Of a stretch of DNA of 64,000 nucleotides, positions 35,516 to 42,136 are shown one piece after another (the stretch's first letter is position 1; every line of letters starts with the position of its first letter). The stretch comes from Thermoplasmata archaeon (lineage in GTDB: Archaea > Thermoplasmatota > Thermoplasmata > Lutacidiplasmatales > UBA184): positions 3,026 through 67,025 of the forward strand of contig DASRSW010000070.1 in assembly GCA_035656275.1 (NCBI GenBank). Reading direction: 5' to 3'. The notes under the pieces are model-generated. The model did not search any database, was not told the origin of the DNA, and saw nothing but the letters and a program-made list of their open reading frames with translations. A program made the translations under genes and the position numbers.

Positions 35516-36040
35516 ATGCCCGATCGACCGGCGTCCCGCGGGTACCGCCTGCGCGCGGCCACGGTGCGCGACCTGCCCACGCTGACGCAGCACCGGATCG
35601 CGATGTTCGCCGAGATCCGCCGGACACCGCCTCGTTTGCTCACGCTCCACGGACGGCAGTATCGGCGCTGGGTCCGCCCGCTCCTGGTCCACCGGGAGGT
35701 GGTCGCGGTGGTCGCGGAGAGGGGGGACCAAGCGGTGGCGAGCGGGTGCGTCTGGTTCCAACCTTCGCAGCCGCGGATCCTGATGCCGAAGACTCGGACG
35801 CCGTACATCATGTCGATGTATACGCGCCCGGACCACCGGGGCCGTGGCCTCGCCACCCGCATCGTGCGTCGACTCCTCGCCGAGGCGCGGCGTCGCGGTT
35901 ATCCCCGCGTTACGCTCCACGCCTCCGACATGGGCCGCGGGGTCTACGCGCGCCTCGGGTTCGAGTCGACGAGCGAAATGCGCTTCTGGCTGGACAGGAC
36001 CATCGAGCGACGGATGCGGTTGCGACCCCGTCGAAGGTAA
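35516..36040 (+). CDS. GNAT family N-acetyltransferase
   Basis: YIMSMYTRPDHRGRGLATRIVRRLLAEARRRGYPRVTLHASDMGRGVYARLGF (acetyl-CoA-binding motif A). TATA-like gttatctttcc about 26 nt upstream suggests a leaderless mRNA. Confidence 0.85.
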   Translation: MPDRPASRGYRLRAATVRDLPTLTQHRIAMFAEIRRTPPRLLTLHGRQYRRWVRPLLVHREVVAVVAERGDQAVASGCVWFQPSQPRILMPKTRTPYIMSMYTRPDHRGRGLATRIVRRLLAEARRRGYPRVTLHASDMGRGVYARLGFESTSEMRFWLDRTIERRMRLRPRRR

Positions 36041-36069
36041 GAGCCCTCCCGCTTCGAGGGAGGACGACG

Positions 36070-36633
36070 ATGCCGGCGGAATCCCCTCCGCGCTTCTGCC
36101 GTTTCCGCTCCGATGCCCCGGCCGGCTCCCGCGCTTACTCGCAGCTCCCGGACGACGGTTTCTGCATCTCCGTGTTCCTGCTGCTGCGATCCTCGACCGA
36201 CGCCGTGGACGTCCTGGCGGGGCGGATCGACCCGGCGCGGGACTGGGAGCGAATCGGCGGCCTTCCTGCGGAGCGCGCGAAGAGCGCGGCCGCCGGGTGG
36301 ATGCTCCCCTCCCGGCATCTCCAGCTGTTCGAGGGTCCGGAGGAAGCCGCGAGGACGATCTTGCGGGAGCAGCTGGAGCTGGACCCTCTCGCGCTCCGGG
36401 GGCCCCGGGTCATCTCCGAAACGTATGACCGGGAAGCCTCGAGTCACGACCCCCACTGGGACCTCCACCTGTTGTTCGAGGGGACGTGGCCGTCGGGTCG
36501 GCCGCTGCGGGCATCTCCGTGGGACCACCTCGAGTTCGTGGACCTCCGGCGGACGCCGCCCACCGCCTTCGTGCGCGGACACGGGGACATTCTCGCCTTC
36601 GCCGGCACCCCGTCCCAGGGCAGGCCGTCGTAG
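36070..36633 (+). CDS. NUDIX-like hydrolase fold protein (degenerate Nudix box)
   Basis: Start placed at ATG 36070 inside the composite 616-aa ORF. GPEEAARTILREQLEL resembles Gx5Ex7REUxEE only partly. Confidence 0.4.
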   Translation: MPAESPPRFCRFRSDAPAGSRAYSQLPDDGFCISVFLLLRSSTDAVDVLAGRIDPARDWERIGGLPAERAKSAAAGWMLPSRHLQLFEGPEEAARTILREQLELDPLALRGPRVISETYDREASSHDPHWDLHLLFEGTWPSGRPLRASPWDHLEFVDLRRTPPTAFVRGHGDILAFAGTPSQGRPS

Positions 36634-36695
36634 CACTCCCCTGGCCGAGCGAAGATGTATAACCCTCGGCCCCGTTCGACGTCCCTGAGAGGACC

Positions 36696-36935
36696 ATGGC
36701 GCCCACTACTCCTCAGGAGACCGAGGCGTTCGTCTCGGGCCTCCTCGGCGCGCTCGCCAACAAACACGGGCAGATGGACATCCGGCTCGACCGGGTCTCG
36801 CTCGGGATCCCGGGAAGCCCCCTCGGCGTGGAACTGAACGGCACGGTCAGCGTCGTCGTGCACATGCGAGACCTCACCGAAGAGGAACGCAAGGCCCACG
36901 TGACGCGGAACATGGCCGCCATCCGTGGGAAGTAG
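36696..36935 (+). CDS. Small hypothetical protein
   Basis: 79-aa ORF with coding-like composition. TATA-like tgtataac about 35 nt upstream. Confidence 0.45.
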   Translation: MAPTTPQETEAFVSGLLGALANKHGQMDIRLDRVSLGIPGSPLGVELNGTVSVVVHMRDLTEEERKAHVTRNMAAIRGK

Positions 36936-36983
36936 GCCCTTCTGACCCCCACCCGGCCTCGCCGACCCGACGGGGGTCGGTCG

Positions 36984-37610
36984 GTGGGTCTCGACCTCGC
37001 GGGAAGTCCCCGGAGGGCGACGGGCTTCTGTCTGTTGACCCGCGGCAAGTTCGTGCGCACGACGGTCCTCGGGCCGGACGAAGAGATCCTCGAAAAGGTC
37101 CGCGCCGCCCGGCCCGACGTGCTCGTCATTGACGCGCCGCTCTCCCTCCCCCGGGGTCGAGAGAGCCTCGAACGACCGGGCCCTCCCCACCTGCGAGCGT
37201 GCGACCGCGAGCTCCTTCGACTGGGCATCCGCTTCTTTCCCCTCACCCTCGGCCCGATGCGGCTCCTGACGGCGCGCGGTCTTCGGCTCAAGGCGGCGTT
37301 CGCTTCCGAGAAGTTCCCGGTGTTCGAGGGCTACCCCGGGGGGACCCAGGACCTGCTCGGCTGGCCCCGGAAGTCCGAGGGAGTCCCGCGGCTCCAGCGG
37401 GCCCTGCGTCGATTCGGATTCCGCGGGGATGTGGCGGAGCGCCGGCTCACCCACGACGAGCTGGATGCCGTCGCGATCGCCTGGACCGGTGGGCTCTTCC
37501 TTCGGGGAAAAGCGACGGAGATCGGCGACCCGACCGAGGGGACGATGCTCTTCCCCGCCCCCGAGGGGCACGCGCCGAGTCGACTTTCCGAACGGAAAGT
37601 TCCCCTCTGA
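36984..37610 (+). CDS. DUF429 domain protein (RNase H-like fold)
   Basis: MGLDLAGSPRRATGFCLL...VLVIDAPLSLP...HDELDAVAIAW, the typical DUF429 layout. Confidence 0.6.
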   Translation: MGLDLAGSPRRATGFCLLTRGKFVRTTVLGPDEEILEKVRAARPDVLVIDAPLSLPRGRESLERPGPPHLRACDRELLRLGIRFFPLTLGPMRLLTARGLRLKAAFASEKFPVFEGYPGGTQDLLGWPRKSEGVPRLQRALRRFGFRGDVAERRLTHDELDAVAIAWTGGLFLRGKATEIGDPTEGTMLFPAPEGHAPSRLSERKVPL

Positions 37611-37666
37611 CCGTCCACTTCCGCCCTTAAACCCCGCGAGCCCCTCCGGACCCTCGGCTGGAAATC

Positions 37667-37798
37667 ATGAGCGGGCCCAACCTTCCCCTTGCATGTGCCT
37701 GCTGTGACTGCGCGTCGTGCTGCCGCTGTTGCGCCTGCTGCCAGCCCTCCCCGGCTTCCTGTTGTCCCCGGTGCCCCCCGGCAACAGGCCTGGAATAG
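37667..37798 (+). CDS. Cys-rich 43-aa peptide, metallothionein-like (unannotated small ORF)
   Basis: ATG-initiated ORF translated by hand: MSGPNLPLACACCDCASCCRCCACCQPSPASCCPRCPPATGLE. It has 13 Cys of 43 residues, using mixed TGT and TGC codons. It lies in an otherwise empty 240-bp spacer. TATA-like cttaaa at 37626-37631. Confidence 0.45.
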   Translation: MSGPNLPLACACCDCASCCRCCACCQPSPASCCPRCPPATGLE

Positions 37799-37850
37799 TT
37801 CCTGGGCCTCGACGCGGCCGCTTTCCGACGCCGCGGACGAAGGGGCCCGT

Positions 37851-39197
37851 CTACTCCGGCGATCGGGGCACGCGGGGGTGTCTCAACTCTCGCGCGAGAG
37901 CCTCACCCCGTGGCGTCAACTGGTAGACCTTGAGCCGCCGGGGCTGGCCCTGCACGTGGCGCACGTCCTCGACGATGACGCCGGCGGCGACCAGTCGCCG
38001 AAGGACGTTCGTCAGGGCGTTCTGTCGGATGCCGAGCGCCTTGGAGATCCCGGGCTGGGTAAAGCCGAGGGAGGCGACGTCGTGGGGCCCGAGGACCCCC
38101 TGGACGCCCAGGTGGAGTACCACGCGCTGGGAGATCCGTAGCGCCTCCGTCGTCGGTGGCTTAGACGCCGGCGCCCCCGCCGCTGCGGCCGGCGCAGCGG
38201 CGACCGGCGAGGGCTCCTCGGTCACGCGGGCTTTCGGCGCTCCGATGTCCGCCCGCGCCGGTAGCTCGAGCGGCGGCGTTGCGACTCCGTTCCCCAGGGC
38301 TCCAGCCCGTCGGAAGACGCGTCGGTGCCAGAGGAACATCGCCGATGCTCCGCCGCCCGCCCCGAGGGCCGCCCCGATCCCGACCATGAGACCATCGGTC
38401 GCGCCGAACGAGAGGGGCGGGCTCGGCGACGACCCGCTGACGTTCACGTAGACGCGCCCGAGGACAGACGTCCCCGAGCTATCCGTGGCGTTGACGACCA
38501 CCACGTAGTGCCCAGGCGCCACGAAGGTGTACGGCACGGCGAGCCCACTGCCCTGGTCGCCGTTGCCGAAGCTCCAGACGAGCGAGCGATACGTCCCCGT
38601 GCCGCCGGCCACGTTCGCTTCGAACGTCACCGTGAGAGGGGCGGCGCCGGAGGCAGGCAACGCCATCGGGGCGACCGTCAGCGTCGCGGGGGTGAGCGTG
38701 ATCGAAAGGGAGGTCCCGTTCACGGACGTCCCTTCGTGGACCGTCACCGTCACGAGGAACGAGCCGCCGGCGGCGGGGTAATGGTGGACGGGGGTGAAGT
38801 AGCCGGGACCGGAGCCATTGAAGTACTGGCCATCTCCGAAGCTCCAATTGAAGAGCGTCGGAGTCCCCGGCACGACCGTCGCAAAGAAGGTGACCAGCAG
38901 CGGGTCGGAGGTCGAAGGAGAGTACCCCACGTTGACGCGGAACGGGGCCGAACCAGGGAGCGGGGCTCCTCCCACCGGCACGGCCAGGGCGAGGGCGGCC
39001 AAGAGAGCGCCGAGGGGTCCGCCCCACCCCCTCCAGAGCCCTCCCTGGCGCAGACCAGAGAAGGGTCTGGTGCGCCTACCTCTCCTGCTCCATTTCGCGA
39101 ACGAGCTGTTCCCCTTCCTGTCGGAGCTCCGTTTGGCGACGGCGTCGGGAGAAACGCCCGACCAGGATTCCGCCGATCGCCGTGCCTCCGAGGGCAA
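37851..39197 (-). CDS. Membrane-anchored protein: extracellular PKD domains, TM helix, cytoplasmic winged-helix DNA-binding domain
   Basis: Signal-like N-terminus. PKD motifs (FNWSFGDGQYF...VTVTVHEG; LVWSFGNGDQGSGLAVPYTFVAPGHYVVVVNATDSSG). TM helix (LMVGIGAALGAGGGASAMFLW). C-terminal wHTH (GFTQPGISKALGIRQNALTNVLRRLVAAGVIVED...RRLKVYQLTPRGEALA). Start uncertain, because the ORF overlaps the upstream gene by 122 nt. Confidence 0.7.
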   Translation of the reverse strand: MPSEARRSAESWSGVSPDAVAKRSSDRKGNSSFAKWSRRGRRTRPFSGLRQGGLWRGWGGPLGALLAALALAVPVGGAPLPGSAPFRVNVGYSPSTSDPLLVTFFATVVPGTPTLFNWSFGDGQYFNGSGPGYFTPVHHYPAAGGSFLVTVTVHEGTSVNGTSLSITLTPATLTVAPMALPASGAAPLTVTFEANVAGGTGTYRSLVWSFGNGDQGSGLAVPYTFVAPGHYVVVVNATDSSGTSVLGRVYVNVSGSSPSPPLSFGATDGLMVGIGAALGAGGGASAMFLWHRRVFRRAGALGNGVATPPLELPARADIGAPKARVTEEPSPVAAAPAAAAGAPASKPPTTEALRISQRVVLHLGVQGVLGPHDVASLGFTQPGISKALGIRQNALTNVLRRLVAAGVIVEDVRHVQGQPRRLKVYQLTPRGEALARELRHPRVPRSPE

Positions 39198-40662
39198 GCC
39201 CGACGAGGATCCCGGTGGGAATGCCGAAGTAACTAGCGGGAAGGCCGGCGAAGTTCGTGCCGGTGGCGACCGTCACCGGCCCCAGCGTCTGGTTCGCCGC
39301 ATGACCGGCGCTGTCCGTCACGAGCACGCTCGGGAAGAACGTGCCCGGGCGAGTGTAGGTGTGGGCCACCGGGGTGCCGGGGATCGAGGAGCCGACTGCC
39401 CCGTCCCCAAACGACCACTCGACGGTGTAGGGAGCGCTGCCGCCGCTGATGGAGGCCACAAAGCTCACCGTGAGCGGCGAGGTACCCGAGGCGGGAAGCA
39501 GCGTGCCGTCGACGACCACGGCGGACCCGGTCGTCACGCTGACCGCGACGGTCGCGCCGACGACGACAGCCCCGGTCGTGTTCTGGAGGGTCCCGGTCAC
39601 CGTGAAGTTGCCGGCGGTCGTGTAGGTGTGCTGGAACGCGAACGGGACGCTGCCGCTCCATCCCACGGGGCCGGTCGCGCAGACGGAGCTATCGCCGAAG
39701 CAGACCGTGAGCGCGTCGGGGGCCGCCAGCCCGTTCGAGGCGGCGAGGATCGTCACAGCGAGCGGGGCTCCCCCAGCCTCCGGTGACGCGTCGAGCGAGA
39801 GATTCGGACCCGGCGGCGTGCCGCCGGGACTGACGAGGATCGAGAGGTTGCCGGTGCCCGAATTGCCGGAGCTATCCCGCACGAGGGCGCTCGCGGTGAA
39901 GGTCCCCGGATAGAGGTAGGTGTGGGACACCGGCGAACCCGACCCCGTCCCCCCGTCCCCGAATCGCCAAGAGGTGGTGAACGAGCTCGAGAGATTCCCG
40001 CCGGTGACGTTGGCCCAAAGCGTCGTGGAGAACGGCGCGGTACCACTGGGCGGCGCCGCCTGGTCCGCCACGGTCAGTTGACCGCTCCCGCCCTGGACCA
40101 CGACCGTGAGGAAGGCCTCGGCGCCGCTCCCGTTGACGCCGATGGCCTGCGCCTGGACCGGGAACGACCCTGCGCTTCGGAAGACGTGGGTCACGGTGGC
40201 GCCGGAGAGCTCGGCCCCGTCGCCGAACTCCCACTCGATGTCGAAGGGGGGGCATCCGCCGCTGAGAGTGCTCGTGAAGGTGACGCTGAGGGGAGCGACT
40301 CCGGTCGAGGGCGACGCCTGGATCGAGAACGTGGGGTCGCCGGAGCAGAGCAGCGCCGTGGCGAGCGGCGCCGGGGTCGCCCCCGAGGGGGTCCCGGCGC
40401 CCACGACGGACGAGGGGGCCGCGAAGCCAGCGAGGGCGGCCAGCACGAGCACGGCCGCGACCCCCCGGACCGCCTCGGCCCCCGAGCGGGCCGGATCGTG
40501 CCGGCGATTCACCGGTGGTTGTGAACGCACGGGTAGGTCGAGACTCGGGGACTTGATAACCGTCCCCACCCCGAAGGGGAAAGGGTTGCCGGGGGGCCAG
40601 GTCCCAGCTCCTGGGGCGGGTGGAGGGACCGGCCCCCCGGCGTAGGTCAGTGTGTCGTCCAT
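39076..40662 (-). CDS. Multi-PKD-domain surface protein with C-terminal TM anchor
   Basis: At least four PKD repeats (IEWEFGDGAELSGATVTHVF, TSWRFGDGGTGSGSPVSHTYLYPGTF, FQHTYTTAGNFTVTG, VEWSFGDGAVGSSIPGTPVAHTYTRPGTF). C-terminal TM plus RFSRRRR. Confidence 0.8.
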   Translation of the reverse strand: MDDTLTYAGGPVPPPAPGAGTWPPGNPFPFGVGTVIKSPSLDLPVRSQPPVNRRHDPARSGAEAVRGVAAVLVLAALAGFAAPSSVVGAGTPSGATPAPLATALLCSGDPTFSIQASPSTGVAPLSVTFTSTLSGGCPPFDIEWEFGDGAELSGATVTHVFRSAGSFPVQAQAIGVNGSGAEAFLTVVVQGGSGQLTVADQAAPPSGTAPFSTTLWANVTGGNLSSSFTTSWRFGDGGTGSGSPVSHTYLYPGTFTASALVRDSSGNSGTGNLSILVSPGGTPPGPNLSLDASPEAGGAPLAVTILAASNGLAAPDALTVCFGDSSVCATGPVGWSGSVPFAFQHTYTTAGNFTVTGTLQNTTGAVVVGATVAVSVTTGSAVVVDGTLLPASGTSPLTVSFVASISGGSAPYTVEWSFGDGAVGSSIPGTPVAHTYTRPGTFFPSVLVTDSAGHAANQTLGPVTVATGTNFAGLPASYFGIPTGILVGLALGGTAIGGILVGRFSRRRRQTELRQEGEQLVREMEQER

Positions 40663-40672
40663 GGTCGGGCTC

Positions 40673-41833
40673 CTAGGGCTCGCTCGGGTCTGTGGCGGAC
40701 GATCGCCCGGTCTTCGCTCCCTCCGCGGTCCGCTTCGCGTGGCGGGCCTGGAAGAGCATCACAGCGATGCCCAGCCCGAACAGCGCGACGACCGCGATGA
40801 GCACACCATCGCCGATCGAGAGGGACGTGACTCCCTTCAGGAGGTTGGTCGGCGACGCGGTGCCGCCCGTCGGAGTCTCGGCCCCTCCCCCGGGTGCCGA
40901 AGGGGAGTCGGAGCCGGCGCTCTGGTTCGAACCGTTCCCACCTTCCGAGCCGTTCGAAGACCCGCCGGTGGAACCCGACCCTCCGGAGTCTTCCCCGGAG
41001 CCGGTGGAGCCGTCGGTCGACCCGGTGCTGCCGTTAGAGCCGGTACCGTTCGAACCCGAGCCGTTCGGGTTCGTCGACCCGGAATCCGAAGAAGAGTTGC
41101 CGCTCGAGTTCCCCGAACTGTTCCCGGAGCCGTTCCCCGAGCCGGTCCCTCCGCCTCCGAAGCCGCCGCCACCATCGTCGCCCGATCCGGTTCCGCCTCC
41201 AGAGTCGTCCGAGCCGGTGCCGTTGCCCGAAGAGTTGCCTCCGGTGCCGTTCCCGCCTTCCGATCCTGTGCCGTTGCCGGACGAGTTACCGCCCGTGCCG
41301 TTGCCACCTTCGGAACCCGTGCCGTTGCCGGAGGAATCCTCGCCGGTGCCGTTTCCGCCCTCGGATCCGGTGCCGTTGCCCGAGCTGTTTCCGCCGGTCC
41401 CGTTACCGCCTTCGGAGCCGGTCCCATTGCCCGAGCTGTTTCCGCCCGTGCCGTTGCCGCCTTCGGAGCCGGTGCCGTTACCTGAGCTGTTCTCGCCGGT
41501 ACCGTTCCCGCCTCCCGAGCCGGTCCCGTTTCCCGTGCCGTTGCCAGAATCCGAGCCGTTCCCCGACCCGTTGGACCCGAGAGGGACCACCGCAACGCCC
41601 GGGCCAAGGGCGTAGGTATGGCCCAACGGGAGGAAGGGATGGCTACCGGAAAGGGCGCTCGCTCCCGAGTAGGTCCCGTATCCCAACGCCAAGCTGAAGG
41701 CCACTACCCCCGCCAGCGCCAGCAGCGCCATCGTGGCCCGCGGACGGGGGCGCAGGGGAACCTTCGGTTGGTCCCAGGGTTCGTTCGGCGTCGGCGCGCT
41801 CTGGCGAGCTCGGGTGGCCCGGACGGCGGACAT
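40673..41833 (-). CDS. Membrane protein with tandem GNGTGSEGGNGTGGNSS repeats (N-glycosylation sequon array)
   Basis: N-terminal TM (ALLALAGVVAFSLALG), a long G/N/S/T region including 6 tandem 17-aa repeats, and a C-terminal TM (VLIAVVALFGLGIAVMLF). TATA-like tatttga about 40 nt upstream. Confidence 0.7.
   Translation of the reverse strand: MSAVRATRARQSAPTPNEPWDQPKVPLRPRPRATMALLALAGVVAFSLALGYGTYSGASALSGSHPFLPLGHTYALGPGVAVVPLGSNGSGNGSDSGNGTGNGTGSGGGNGTGENSSGNGTGSEGGNGTGGNSSGNGTGSEGGNGTGGNSSGNGTGSEGGNGTGEDSSGNGTGSEGGNGTGGNSSGNGTGSEGGNGTGGNSSGNGTGSDDSGGGTGSGDDGGGGFGGGGTGSGNGSGNSSGNSSGNSSSDSGSTNPNGSGSNGTGSNGSTGSTDGSTGSGEDSGGSGSTGGSSNGSEGGNGSNQSAGSDSPSAPGGGAETPTGGTASPTNLLKGVTSLSIGDGVLIAVVALFGLGIAVMLFQARHAKRTAEGAKTGRSSATDPSEP
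41217..41522 (-). repeat. Six in-frame 51-nt tandem repeats (17-aa unit GNGTGSEGGNGTGGNSS), flanked by degenerate copies
   Basis: On the plus strand, units beginning gtgc/gtcc recur at 41217, 41268, 41319, 41370, 41421 and 41472 (next at 41523), an exact 51-nt period. Copies differ mainly at synonymous positions. Confidence 0.9.
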
Positions 41834-41887
41834 ACAGACCCTCCTTGCGGCTTCCGTGATTCAAATACCCCCGGGGGAGATACGCCA

Positions 41888-41936
41888 CAGATACGCTACG
41901 GGAGCCCGATACGCTGACGGTACGCGGGGGATCCCG
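41888..41936. promoter_or_regulatory. Direct repeats of (GA)TACGC in the divergent control region
   Basis: TACGC occurs at 41891, 41902, 41920 and 41931 (spacings 11, 18 and 11 nt). The first two copies are AGATACGC. The repeats lie just upstream of the TATA-like box of the 40673-41833 gene. Confidence 0.4.
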
Positions 41937-42106
41937 ACCCTACCGGAACCACTCGGTTCCACCCGTTTGGAGGGCCCCTGGGACCGATCGCCGGCCTCCT
42001 CGTCCCTGAATCGGGCGGCGTCGTCCCCCCGTGGAGTCTTGGCCTCCTCTTCGTCTCAAATTTGATGGCTACGGCATTCCATCGGTTCGCAGATGGGCCG
42101 CAGGTC

Positions 42107-42112
42107 TATAAT
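42107..42112 (+). promoter_or_regulatory. TATA-like box (tataat) of the thermopsin gene
   Basis: This is the only A/T hexamer nearby and lies 25-30 nt upstream of GTG 42137, consistent with a leaderless archaeal mRNA. Confidence 0.45.
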
Positions 42113-42136
42113 CTCCGGTAAACTCGGCGCCGAGTC

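Noticed and set aside
34783-36069. Upstream part of the 616-aa plus-strand ORF (34783-36633)
   Set aside because: It is out of frame across the alpha/beta-hydrolase and GNAT genes. Only the last 187 aa (from ATG 36070) look like a real protein.
41217-41522. Possible CRISPR array suggested by regularly spaced repeats
   Set aside because: The period is 51 nt with no unique spacers, and the repeats are in frame within a long ORF and encode a peptide repeat. No cas genes are present in the window.
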